A DNA stretch of 64,000 nucleotides from Basidiobolus meristosporus CBS 931.73 (Eukaryota > Fungi > Basidiobolomycota), in the NCBI GenBank assembly GCA_002104905.1, contig MCFE01000424.1, forward strand, positions 13,587 to 77,586, written 5' to 3'. The notes below the pieces were generated by a model. The model searched no databases. It was given only the letters and a program-made list of their open reading frames with translations, and was not told the origin of the DNA. Of the stretch, positions 13,257-25,807 are shown one piece after another. Every line of letters begins with the position of its first letter. The stretch's first letter is position 1. The position numbers and the translations under genes were made by a program.

Positions 13257-13599
13257 TGTGGTACAAATCTTGAAGATATTGAAAGTAATAGGGAGTACTA
13301 GTAGATTATGTTGTTCAACCTGATGATTCAATGAATGCAAAAGTAACATTTGTACCTTTACATGGTCTTGGCAAAACAAACACACAAAGTATGCTTAGGA
13401 AGGCCCCAAGAGCATGTTTGCAATGTCTGAGGCTGTATGGACAGCTCTGAGATATTTCATGCTCTAGGTTTCTGATGTTTAGGTGTATTCCAAGTAAATC
13501 CTGAGAAGGAATTTGGTCAGAATTCTCTTTGATTTGTACACTATGATACAAGTAACTAAGTTAGATCAATATTTAGGTGCAATTACAAAGCTTACAACA
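13257..13599 (-). repeat. Older, strongly diverged copia-family LTR (inverted)
   Basis: Collinear similarity to the LTR reverse complement from tgtggtacaaatcttgaagatattg to cttacaaca; no TSD seen. Confidence 0.7.
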
Positions 13600-14228
13600 A
13601 AATTATGGTGTAATACAAATTTACAAGACACAAGTTGAGTGAAATATTCTGCAGGAAGATTTTGAGGACCTTTGAGGGATTGGGAGAGCTGTATGATTTG
13701 CCTATCCACATGTAGGTTTTTTACAACTACAAGAAGCACTTGCACTTCATTGAGTATTAATGATAAGAATGTTACCAAATGATTACAAGAAGTGATGTTT
13801 GTTACTTGGATCTGACTGAAAACTCAATGAGCTACTATGGACTTCAACAATTCAAAGGGTAAGCTGGCATCAAACCACATCTATCATCAATCATGGAGAA
13901 TTTTGCAAGCAGTAGAAACGCATACTGTTGCCATGGTTTGGTCTGACAACCAAGTGAATGAAATACGTATGCTGCACTGGCGATTTTTGTTGCCTGATGG
14001 CGGACCCCATTTCATTCCAGCAGGAGTATACGTAACAAACCAACAGCGCGCACTGATTCGAGGATTGATATGGCAGCTTAGTGGGATGGAGATGATTTCG
14101 GGCCAAGCCAACGCAATTTCCAGACGAATTTGGAAACAAAATTTTACCCATGAGGAATGGCTGTGGACAAGTGGCTTGTAACTGTTTTTCTTGCCGGAGG
14201 CTTGCGACCAGATTCTTAGTCATCGGAT

Positions 14229-16925
14229 ATGCAGTTGTTGAAAACATTTCTTCTGGCGTTTGGTCTCCAGTCCATCAGTGCACTGAATCTCACACCAGAC
14301 ACCTACGAGGAGAACGTCAGCTCGGGCATCTGGTAAGTCCACGTTCCCCACCTCTCCTCCCCGTCCCATCCATTTACTCACGGCGAGATTGGCTTCCTGG
14401 GGGTGGTAGGTTCGTTCAGTTTTATTCCCCGTACTGTCGATACTGCCGAGAATTAGGTATTTCTCAGCCAGCTGGACACTTCTGTGTGCTTTCTTCTAAT
14501 CACCTCGACAGCCCCCTTGTGGAACGAGCTTGATCTCAAATTGGCACCTAAGGTTGAAGGGAAGGATTTCCACCTTGCCCGCGTGGATTGCATCGAATTC
14601 AAAGGTACCTAGGACCAGCTCCATACCAACTGTCTTACGTCATCTCACCTTGTGAAACCCCGGCCATGACAGAATTTTGCGAGCAGCGCGGCGTTACCGA
14701 GTATCCCACCCTCCACCTGTAAGTAGCCTATTTTTGGAACAAGTGAGCGTGACGGGTGAGCTGAAAGTTGCTCTGCTTCAACAGATTCAAACAAGGAGAA
14801 AAAGTTGATCAATTCACCGGGGTTAGAAGCTACGACAACTTCGAACAATTTTTATTGCCTCGCATTGGAAACGCCCAGCTGGTAAGAGTCCTCTACAACC
14901 CACCAGGGCATCCGTCCAAGCACTTCGGCTAACAGCGGCAAAAGTCGGAAGACGCCCCCGAGTCTGTCCCTGCGGAACAGGTGGTGATTAATGCCCCTAC
15001 CGAACAAGGCCCTCCGATCAACCCCGACGGTGAAGTGGTTATATTGGACTCCGACTCATTCGACAAGGTAACCCAGCCCCATCGTCTGTTGTCGCTGCCG
15101 ACCAATACTCACCAGCATATTCCTTAGCTCACTGGGCCCTGGTTTATTGTAAGCTTTGAGTAATCTAGTGTGCATGTTGCCTGTCTAACCGACCCCAAGA
15201 AATTCTTTGCTCCATGGTGCGGGCACTGTAAAAAAGTAAGTATCCTGCACCTCTGCCCTGTTGTAATCCCATGCTAACCGGGAGCAGTTAGGTATGGTTC
15301 ATTTGAAGCGAATTCTTCCCCTGCAGGCAGCCAACCATCTCGTAAATAGCGCCCACCTGGGAAGAACTCGGCTCGAAACTCAAGAACACGATCAACGTAG
15401 GGTCTGTGGACTGCACTGACCACGAAGGTACATCTTGAGCATTTACCGATTTCCTGGCAACATTTGCTAAAGCCTTCAGCCAGGCATCTGCAAAAGAAAT
15501 GAGATCAGAGGCTACCCCACTCTGAAATTGTATCCTTGAAGCCATGTTCCCGCTAATGCGCATCTCCAAATCTCTTACCCGTCCTTAATCCACTCGAAGC
15601 CTCCAGGACGGCAACTCCATATCTTACTCTGGGCCCCGCACCCTGGAAAAGCTCTCAGACTTCGCCCTCAAGGCCTCGAAGTAAGAACCCGCATCTCCCT
15701 CCCTCATGTCGCATCAGGATACTCAGCCAATTCTACCAGCTCGAAAATCGAAGAGGTGAACCCCAACCAGCTGGATCAAATCAAGTCTGGAAACGTTACT
15801 TTCGTTTATTTCCACAGCGAGACGTCACCAGAAGAACCTTTGGTAATTTGCTCAGTGCAGTGTACTACAGAGGCCGGGACTAACACTGCTACTTAGAACA
15901 CCGTCAAGAGCGTGGTAAACACACTTTTCATCCATTCATTTTTCTACACCTCCAGCAACCCCAAGATTGCCGAGGAGTTGGGCATTCGCCAAACACCAGC
16001 ATTGGTCGTCTTCAAAGAGGGTCTTCGCCGACAGTACGAAAATCCCCTCGACGACAAAGCAGCGGTGCAAGAGTGGATCACCACCGAGCAATTCCCTCTC
16101 CTCACCCAGATTGAATCACAAAACTCCGAGGCGTTGCTGAGGTCTCCTCATCTGGTTGTTATGGGGGTTTTGGACCCATCGAGCGCCGATTTCCCCCAGT
16201 CGTTGCAGCAACTCCATGACTCCGCCAGCGAATACTACATGCAGGAAACTACGAAATCCTTAGAGCATGTTACTTTTGTTTGGATCGATGGGGTTCAGTG
16301 GGCCAGATATGTATCGAAAGTATTCTCAATCACGGAGAAGTCCATGCCATCCGTTATCCTCGCACATCTTAAGGTGGAAGCCGAAAGGCCACTCAACGCG
16401 CATTTCCCAACATCTACTCACATTCGTTTATTGAGCCAGGATGACACCTATTACGACGCCGACGCTCAGGAAGTACGCCTCTTAGTCCAAAAAGATGGCA
16501 TCTTGAAAGCGATCTCGGCTGCCCAGAATGGAGAGCTAAAGGCAAGGCTCCTGGAATGGTCTCTTGTGGAAACCTCGACTAACTGAATAGATTCTAGGGT
16601 AAGAGCACGCTGGATTTCTTCTCCAGAGGCACCAAGGTTAGTACATCCAGCGAACCTGCACGAGTGAGGCCGACGCTAACTCACCATCCCCCTCTTGTAG
16701 AGAGTTTACGTATTTCTGAGCCCCGTTGTGGTAACTACCGAGTTGTATGGTGTAATCCACGCGTCTTGACGTATTCACATTTGTCTCCGCTAGGTGTTCT
16801 TCAAGAACTATCCGCTGGCGATCGTTGGTGTGCTGCTCGCAGCCATTGCTGCCACAGTTTATTTAGTTATCAGATGTCTTGACGACGATTCAAGCACGTA
16901 TGAGGAGCATGTGAAAGAGGAGTAA
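14229..16925 (+). CDS. Multi-exon, membrane-anchored protein disulfide isomerase-like protein (Eps1/TMX-type thioredoxin-domain protein)
   Basis: Spliced by eye: signal peptide MQLLKTFLLAFGLQSISA; Trx domain 1 WFVQFYSPYCRYC..ARVDC..GVTEYPTLHL; Trx domain 2 KFFAPWCGHCKK..GSVDC..IRGYPTLK; inactive Trx-like region (ORF 15912-16586); C-terminal TM (YPLAIVGVLLAAIAATVYLVI) and tail ..HVKEE, TAA at 16923-16925. Many short introns with CTAAC/CTAAT branch sites. Confidence 0.9.
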
Positions 16926-17069
16926 GCCCGACTGGCGCGTGTGGCCGTATTCCTCCGGATCGCCTATCCCCCCCCCTATCCTCATCTACCCTTGATTCTT
17001 GTTTCACGAGAGGCTCAGCATCTTGAATTTATTAAATGTTTGTTTATGTTTGCACAATGACATTGATGG

Positions 17070-17121
17070 GATCACGTGATCACGTTGACATTCGCCGTGT
17101 TTGTTTGCGGGCAGCACGTGC
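17070..17121. promoter_or_regulatory. Cluster of bHLH E-box motifs upstream of the nucleoporin gene
   Basis: 12-bp palindrome GATCACGTGATC (17070-81), CACGTT (17081-86) and GCACGTGC (17114-21) within 52 bp; function is inferred. Confidence 0.35.
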
Positions 17122-17462
17122 CGTGGTGTCGATGGCCAGGAGGGATGGAGATATCCAGGCCATATGCTTAGTCACGCCATGGCCGAACATATAATGATGG
17201 AGACAGATCTGAAGGACTAAACAAAAGTGAGATATCGGTGGGCAGGACGAATAAAATCTGGTTTATGGTGATAATAAGAAAAATCATCATAATATTCCAG
17301 TGGAAATCGCAGCAGAGCGACTCCCAAATTTTAAATGCTGTCACGAAAAAAAAAACCCCTCTCATTCGTGAACGAGAGTACCATCCATTCTGAGGAACTG
17401 TTCGTTTCTTTTTTGCGGTCCCATTCATATATCGAAGGAATCCGTTTGTGAATTGTATTTCA

Positions 17463-20400
17463 ATGTTTGGTAGTAGCGGATTTGGAAGCTCAAGTTTCGG
17501 AGGAACCTCAGGTTTTGGCCAACAAGCAAATCAAAATCAGAATCAGAATCAAGGTTCGATGTTTGGTCAGACCTCGAACACTTTCGGGGGTTCAAGCGGA
17601 GGTAGTTCGGTTGTTCGTGTTATTCTCGGCTACAAATCGTTAAATTCATCTTCGTTCTTACAGGCTTCGGACAACAATCCAACACTGGTGGTTTTGGCTC
17701 AACCTCTACCTTCGGCCAACCACAGCAACAATCTGGCTTTGGCTCCACCGGTAGATCGCGCTTAACATAATCCCGCCGATTCTAGCAACTGACTCCAACT
17801 TTTGACAGGTGCTTTCGGAGGAACATCAACCGGCTTCGGATCGCAGCCACAACAATCTGGTTTCGGCTCAGGCGGACTTTTTGGTTCCAGTAAGTTTCTC
17901 TTTTCCCACAGCTACTTTTGCCAGATCAACTCATCCGATCGATAGATACCGCTGCTCCAGCCTCAAACACAAGCTTTGGTTTTGGCAGTATGACTAATAT
18001 CTAGTTGCAGAAGTATCCAAACACCAAAACACGCATACTGAATGATATTTATTATTTTAGATTCATCGACCACCCCAGCTTTTGGCTCAACACCAAGCTC
18101 CACGGGTGTGTTTGGACAAAGTTCGAACACTGGAAATACCTTTGGCTCTACCACCACCAGTGGCGGTTTGTTTGGCAACACTAACACAAATGCCACTGGC
18201 GCATTTGGCGGAGCCACGTCTGGTTTTGGGAGTGGAATGGCCAATACTGGAAATGGAACCGCTTCACCGGCTTATAGTGTTACCCAGGAGAAGGATTCTA
18301 GCACAGGTGTGATCACCCTCTTGCAAAGTATCAGTGCCATGCCTGCCTATCGAAACTTCTCATTTGAAGAATTGAGAGTGCAGGATTATCAGCAAGGTAG
18401 GAAGACAGCCGGCCAGGCTGGAACTACTGGAGGGGCATTTGGCTCCACTAATTCTACCACGTTTGGCGGAAGTACCTTTGGAAGCAATACAAATAGTACC
18501 GGATTCGGATCTACACCTACATCCACCGGAACATCTCTCTTTGGTAATACCACCGCAAGCACAGGCTTTGGGCAGCCATCAACTGGGTTTGGCAGCACTT
18601 CAGCCCCCAGCTTTGGAGCGACTACCCCCTCAACAGGTAACTCCAGCAGCAACCTATCAAGGGTTGTTCTTGTACTAAAGTTTTGACAATACTAATAGGA
18701 TTGTTTGGCTCCAATGCCACCACCACCGGTACCTCCGCCGCCACCACCTCTCCTTTCGGCCAACCTGCCAATACGGGCGGGTTTGGAAACACCACTTCAT
18801 TCGGTCAAAACACTAACAACTCAAGCTTTGGGGCCGGAACCGGCTTTGGCAATACAGCAGCCAAACCCACATTTGGTTTTGGCTCCACCAACACCACACC
18901 AACCTCAACTTTTGGCGCAGCACCATCGACCTTCGGAAATACCAACACTAATCAAAGCACCGGCTTTGGATTTGGAGGCACATCAACCGCCACCACTACT
19001 CCAGCATTTGGAGCTACAAACACCAATACAGGCTTTGGATTTAACGCACCAGCGTCTACTGCTCCCGCCACCTCCACTCCATCATTTGGGTTTGGTAATA
19101 CCGCTGGATCCACCTTTGGTGCTGCCAAACCTGCCGCCAACAGTTTCTCGTTTGGTGCCAACACTAACACCACTGGAACCACTCTAGCAAAGCCATCCTT
19201 TGGGGGCTTTGGCAATGCTACCTCAACCACCACCACCACTCCTAGCTTGTTCGGTAATACTAATGCCTCGAGCACCCCTAGTTTATTCGGAAATACTGCC
19301 ACCTCCACTACCACTACCCCAAGTCTCTTCGGCAACACCGCCTCAACTGTAACTTCTAATCCATTTGGGGCATCCACCGCCGCATCCGGCACCACCGCTG
19401 GCAGTAGTTTGTTTGCACCAAAGCCTACCCTTGGTGGCTCCTCTCTATTCTCGAACCCATCCACTACAGGCACCGGACTGGGCTCATTTGGCACCAATAG
19501 CACAGCTGGTGGCCTTTCAACTCTTTCAAGTGCCGCTCCAAACGCCACACCTGCCAATCAAACCGGACTACAGGCCGCCATCGACAAGAATCCTTACGGA
19601 AACAACCCACTCTTCTCCTCGCTCCCAGCCACCAGTTCACCTTTGCCGGCCGCACCATTGCGAAGCAGTGTCGCCACGGAAAGCGCACCCACCAACGGGC
19701 AAGCCACACAGAAAAAGAAAACCGGATCCACCTTGCACTTCAAGTCTGCCCCACGATCAGTCGCCAAGATCAAGCTTCGTGGATTCAGTTCTCAGTCTCC
19801 CCTTAGAGCATCCACCCCCAAATCAAATACCGTATCTGAGAATGGCAACAACGACCCACTCTTGAGTCCGGATGCTTACACCCCCAACTCTAGCGTTAAG
19901 CGGTTGAACATCTCTCGCTCTAACCCCACCACTCCGCTCAAGGAGCTTCAGACGGACAAGATTCTTGGAAACCACTCGCCTCTCAGTGACCTCAACCATA
20001 CCCCCAAGAATGGAACCTTGGATCAAGTGCTCCACAGCCTGTCTACCACGCCTCAGAAGTCCCCGTCTCAACCCATTTCTTCTGCACGCTTGAACGAATC
20101 CACCCGTAGCTATGGGGACGAAAGCGTCGCGACCACCCAGCCGGACGGGGAATACTGGGTCTCTCCCTCGATAGCTGAGCTCAAGAAGATGACCCCCGGA
20201 CAACTCAAGAGAGTCGAAGATTTCGAGGTGGGACGTACCGGGTACGGAAAGGTTCGATTCCTGGAGCCAGTGGATTTGTCGGATATCGCCTCGTTGGATA
20301 GCATCCCCGGGGAGATTGTGATCTTCGAGAAGAAGGTGTGCATCGTGTTCCCAGACGAAGCCAACAAGCCGCCCCCAGGCAAGGGATTGAACGCCCCAGC

Positions 20401-20578
20401 AGTGGTCACATTGAACAACTGTTGGCCCATCGACAAGGCCACGAGACAGCCCATACGCGATATGAAACATCCCAAGTTACAGCAACATGTGAAGAAGCTG
20501 AAGGCCATGGCCGAGACTCAATTCTTAGATTTCAACTACGAGACAGCCACCTGGTCGTTCATGGTGAATCATTTCTAA
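17463..20578 (+). CDS. NUP98: Nup98/Nup116/Nup145N-type FG nucleoporin (FG repeats, GLEBS, autoproteolytic Nucleoporin2 domain), no Nup96 part
   Basis: ATG 17463 (MFGSSGFG); FG-rich exons; GLEBS motif QSISAMPAYRNFSFEELRVQDY; C-terminal YWVSPSIAEL..VEDFEVGRTGYGKVRFLEPVDL..GKGLNAPAVVTL..WSFMVNHF then TAA; about five introns. Confidence 0.95.
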
Positions 20579-20640
20579 CGGAGGTGGTCTGCATGAAGAT
20601 TCCCTGGACACAGCGGGTTCACGCCCCTGCTTCTGCCCGT

Positions 20641-20690
20641 TCCCTTTCCTTCCTCCCCCTCCCCTCCCCTTCCCTTCCCTTCCCTTCCCC
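20641..20690. repeat. Polypyrimidine microsatellite (CTTCC/CCCCT-type) just 3' of NUP98
   Basis: ttccctttccttcctccccctcccctccccttcccttcccttcccttcccc read directly. Confidence 0.8.
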
Positions 20691-23600
20691 GACTATTTTT
20701 CATTTCTTTTATTCATTTTCCCGAGTAGGATAGACCCGAAGATATGTTCACCAATTGCTAAATGATTAAAACGGCCAAGATTTCCTTAGATCGGTGGTTT
20801 GAGAATTCCTGGTGCGGTTGTTACGCTACGGTCCGTTTAGACCAGCTCAGGGACTATTTGCGCGCGGTCAAGTACCGGTGGGGTTACAGCCAACCAACAG
20901 GACTCGAGTGGCCTGTGCAGAACTCTAATTTCATTCCACAGCATTCATGGGATTTGGTTGGGGGGAATGGGCCTCGATAGTCCCAAATCTCGTCCGCCAA
21001 CCATGCCCCGCATGAATCGGGATAGGTGCGGTCGACGCAGCTCCACTACTCAACATGGGTATGATTTGCGGTGGCATGGTTGTGCAGCAGGTTGGCGTGA
21101 GTATGCATCAACAAACCGGGCCGTCTCGGTTCCAGCAGAACGAAATCGGGCATGGGTGGGCTACGCAACGGGAAATATGCTGGTGGATCAAACCGATCCC
21201 CGGACTTGGCGTTGTTCGAAAGCACATGCTCATTTGAAACACCCATGGAAACGGTTGGCCATCACATCCTCGAATCCGGCCAGATTTTCTCACCCAAGGG
21301 GTATGAGTTGGGCTGTGGAACGCTGCCCTCTGCCGTTATGGGTTGGTGCACCGCCTGACGCCTCCAGAGCCATGTGAAAAAGCCATGAATCCCTCTCGTG
21401 AACGCTACACGAATTGCCGAACTCCAGGCGAAACTCGCTGGCTTCGCTCGCAACATGTCGATCCCATTTCCGCCACGAGCAGGAAATGGCGTGGTGACGG
21501 CTGAAACTTGGGATTGCTACGTACTAGGGAATCGACTCAGGCCATTGTCAGCATTGGGTGTGGGTCGCTGGGCCATCGGTGCCACAGTCGAGGATTCGTC
21601 GTGTTGTGGAAGATTGGTTCCAACCCGACTACTCATTTCCCCGATTTGGAAATGGTCAGGCTGCTCTATGGACGATGGGATGGATGGTGGAATCTAACAA
21701 ATCCAAGTTGGAGGCCTGAGGGATCCCAGGATCATCCGGAGAGCCTTTCCATTGGCTAGGGCATTTCCCTCGAAATTGGTGGCATCCCGTCGCATCTATC
21801 GAGCACCAAGGTTAAGGTGAAGCAATGTGAGCTAGATCTGGGTGAGCTGGCCCGTCCGTGTAACCTGAATGCTCGACTGGAACTTCCTGATGATTCATCG
21901 AGAGTCAGTCAACCCATGGTCCTACGACCAGCACTACGATTTCTACACTCCAGGAGACAGCGGCCAGCCCGCCCAATAACGCTCATGGGATCAATCCCTC
22001 CTCTCCAGGCCTGTGCGTGCAACCTCTAAACGGCCCGGTTGCTGCCCAGCGACTCTAGATGCCTGATGGGTGTGCCAAACCACCTGCCGACACGGGAAAC
22101 TTGGGAAGAAATCGCCATCACCAATTTAACTCTTTTTGGAAATATTTATCAGCATTTGCTTAACTATGTTTGGACAATCCCGACGCGGGTGGACGAAAGT
22201 GGAAATCGAGCGCTGCTTCGAGTAAAGTAGTACGGCTCACCTTTTCATTTAAGGATCCATGTGAATGAAGGGTTCAGCAGATCCATCGATACGCTAGCAA
22301 GGCATCTGCGGACCAAATAAGGATGGGTTAGAGTGCGTTAACCTTACCAATAACCAAAGCCTTCTAGAAAGGGCCCAAATCAAGTTGCTGGGAGCCAGGA
22401 TCCAGCAGCCCCTCTGATGCCACCTCCAACAAAGCACCTTTCGGGCCGCATAGAGCGCAGAGGAATAAGGGCCGGGAATTGGATTCCCACCACCATCATC
22501 TAACCAGCCCGCTTGGATCAAGAGCCCCTCTGGTGCTCACCAAACGAGATAGCGCGCAGAAGGATGGTAATTTCTCCAAAAGATTAGAAATGCCGTGGTT
22601 GCGGCGGCCACTTCAAAACAAATAGATAATGATGTGACAGATAATCGGAAACCTTGTGGCATCTGGCACTTGAGATATTTTACATATATATACAAATGAT
22701 GTTACAGGTGCGCATTCTGGTGACCACAATCCCCAAACCCTTGAGTCATATCTATTGATCAGGAATGCATCTAATCCAGCGCCTTCTCATCTGCCTTGGC
22801 CTTGACAGCCGCACGCACATACACACACACACACACACCCATGCACACCAAAAATGACCATCTTGTCTTACACCGTACTCATCAACCACCGTGGTTTATC
22901 ACGGGTTCTTGGACAGCATCAAACCGATGTCTGAAAGCACCGTGTTGGCCGTCAGCTGATGCTGCCAAGACTGACAGACTGGTCAACCCACCCAAACCTG
23001 TTAGGAAAATATGCCAATGTCCTTGGTGGATGTCATCAAGGGTGATCTCGAAGCCCATCTTCGCGCTGACTTCGATCCCTAGGATCGTCCATATTGGGAA
23101 TTGTATTCGTGGTGATGTTACCTTCATCGCAACATCGCGCTAATGGGAATGTCATGTCTTTCCATTTCAAGTCCAGTTTGCGCTGGCTGATTTGAGATTT
23201 ATTAAACCACCGCTAATACGCCTGGCTGCTTTCCACCAGGAGTTTTGGGGTGAAGGGACCCTTTTGGAAACCATCGATTCCACCTGCTCAACCAAAGCGC
23301 CTGGGGAGGCATGGAGCGTACGTTCAGTATGGGCATAGCCACCTCTGAGGTCAAAAGGGACCCATCTCACGCCATGGGTGATCAGATCAACATCTAGGCC
23401 GCTTTGCTTCGGCTCGCCTATGAACAAAGGGGGCCATTTCCTGATGCTCAGATGGGCCTAACGGAATTCTAGAATTTAATAATCAACACCAACCTGAACC
23501 GGATTCCGCTCGAGAAAACAATCCTGTTCTAAAGTCAGGGCCATGTATGTGTACGACTTGGAATCTGGAATTGTGGTCCGCTCGATTCCACACGTGCCCC

Positions 23601-23920
23601 TATGATTGGTAAAGAGGCGGGAAACGTAAGGAGGAATAATTCCCTCTGAATAGAAAGTACTACCAAGCTTATATCCGAAACCTGTGCTCCGTGGCTTTCT
23701 CCTTCTTGAGTTCATTAGCAAAGTGTAAAGTAATCAAACTTGGGATGGCGAGATTTTTTTCCCTCGACCAGTTGAGACCAGCCTTTTTCGGGGGATTAGG
23801 TTTGTAGATAGACACTGATCAACAAACATCCCCGATGCTTATAAAAAGCGCGCCCTCCCCCGCCCTTATGCATTCATTAGTCCATTCCCCTCCAATACCT
23901 GAAAAGCCACTCCACCAGTT

Positions 23921-24586
23921 ATGCTCAACACCCAAATAATCAACCAAATATCGAGAATGTCGCGCGACCAACTGGAGCTTGCTCTCCTCAAGGCCAGCTC
24001 GCGCCACGATGACGTCTACAACCAGATAGTCTTCACCTCACAGTCCCTTGATAAGGCCCAGCAGACCTCGAAGAGCTTCGACCAAGTAGTTTACTGGTAC
24101 GAGAAGCTCGAATCCAACTCACTGACCATGAACCAGAGGTTCTATCTCTTGAGCGCGATCACCTCCTCGCTGGCCGAACATATCACCCGGTTCAGACTGA
24201 ATGACCCCACAAGCTACTTCCAGGTCTGGTCCGAGAAGGGGATCTACCAAATGAAGCGCTCGAAGTTTACCAGCAAGGTGGGCGAGCGCTGGAAGAGCCT
24301 TTTCCTAGACTTCGGCAAAGGAGTTAGCCAGGAGCTGGGCTACCAGAAGTCGGATTGGCGCAAGTTCAAGAAACTGGTCGACCACTGGGAGGCCATCTTC
24401 CGTGCTGAAGACTTGACCTTGGGGCACGCGTATGAGATCAAATTGCTCGTTGAACGGGAGATCAGTGGCTACCACTCGTACTACTTTTCTAAGGATCTGG
24501 TGAACGACTCCTCCTCAGAGTCGATATCGGCCTACTCAGCCGAATCCGAGGCTGTGTCCGATCTGTCGTGTCAGACGCTCATATAA
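23921..24586 (+). CDS. Intronless 221-aa hypothetical protein
   Basis: Uninterrupted ATG-TAA ORF with C/G-rich third positions; TATAAAA at 23840-46; no domain recognised. Confidence 0.7.
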   Translation: MLNTQIINQISRMSRDQLELALLKASSRHDDVYNQIVFTSQSLDKAQQTSKSFDQVVYWYEKLESNSLTMNQRFYLLSAITSSLAEHITRFRLNDPTSYFQVWSEKGIYQMKRSKFTSKVGERWKSLFLDFGKGVSQELGYQKSDWRKFKKLVDHWEAIFRAEDLTLGHAYEIKLLVEREISGYHSYYFSKDLVNDSSSESISAYSAESEAVSDLSCQTLI

Positions 24587-25807
24587 GGCGGACCAGCCTG
24601 CCCAGTATGCCCATCCCTCACCACCATTCTTATTAATTTGGAGAAACTCCTTAGCTGACTCGCATATAGAACATTTTTGTCGATGTATTTATTCCAACCC
24701 CTAAGATTTAGCATATTCCTATCGCCTTCTAAACTTGCTATAAACATGATGTTTACACTACGCTATGGTGCGATTGCCAACTCGGAACCTTCGTCTTCAG
24801 GTGGGTAGGGTGTGCTGGATTCGATGTAGTCCTCAAGTACCAATCGGATGATCGCCTCTATCTTGGTTTGGCATGGGTTGGAATCCGCCTTCGATCGGAC
24901 TCGGAATGGCTTGAAGCGACGATAAGCTTTTATCGCATCGTGTCACCATCAGTCTATCTTAAAAGATGTCTTTGTTTTTGGAATGCAAGATCACTGGTGA
25001 CGATAGGTTGGCTATTCACAGATCCAGGGATTAGAGGTGGGCTAATGATCACCGAATTGGGAGGATGATTTTCCGACCGACCGCAGATCCACACAAATCA
25101 ACAGTGGCCAAGGTGGTTTGAGCAGTGCATTCGGTCCCCTTTATCCTCTCTGCGCCGTGGAGCTTTCGTAGGGACTTTTCAGCTGGGGTGTCGTGTCTGC
25201 TTCCATCGAATAATGCGATATTGGCAGCACGGTGGTTGTTTATGGCCAATGTGGGTACTGCTCGAGTGTCCATTACACAGCTGACGCCACCTTGGAGCCA
25301 AGTAACGAATCAGAAAAATACAGTGGCAATACAGGCTAGGCATTATCGGAACCCGAGGGCGGGAATAGGATCGTTCTGGCCTAGTGTACTTGCTTCACGA
25401 ACCCAGGTGATCCGTGGTCACGCTCGTCGAAAATCCCTGTCGTTTTCCATGCCCATCTCTTCCCAAAGGTTGATGAGCCACCACACTGTCTCGAGGCTAC
25501 CCCACAACAGACAGCCCCTGGTGCGCGGCCATATTCCAGGTGTTCCCCACTGGGCAATTCATACCGCTGTGGCAAACTGGAACTGAACTCCGGCACCATT
25601 GCCTGAACAGTTCGCTGAAAAATCACTCAAGGGTAGGATCACTCAGCCAAATGAAAGAACCCCATTGGTGGATAATTGAAAGTCCTGGAGAAATATATTT
25701 ATAGGGTCGAATGAATGGGTGTCTATTAATTAATGTCTATACTATGATGGGGTTTGGAAGCACGACTTGATGCGATAATTAAGCAACCACCAGTAGATGT
25801 CAGGAAG

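Noticed and set aside
20251-20262. GGTTCGATTCC T-loop look-alike
   Set aside because: Lies in the conserved NUP98 coding frame (KVRFLEP); no tRNA structure.
18389-20733. Long alternative-frame and antisense ORFs over NUP98
   Set aside because: Expected shadows of a GC-rich, low-complexity FG-repeat gene; no independent features.
20760-23800. ORFs downstream of NUP98 as Nup96 or another gene
   Set aside because: Short, overlapping on both strands, with no Nup96-like or other recognisable peptide.
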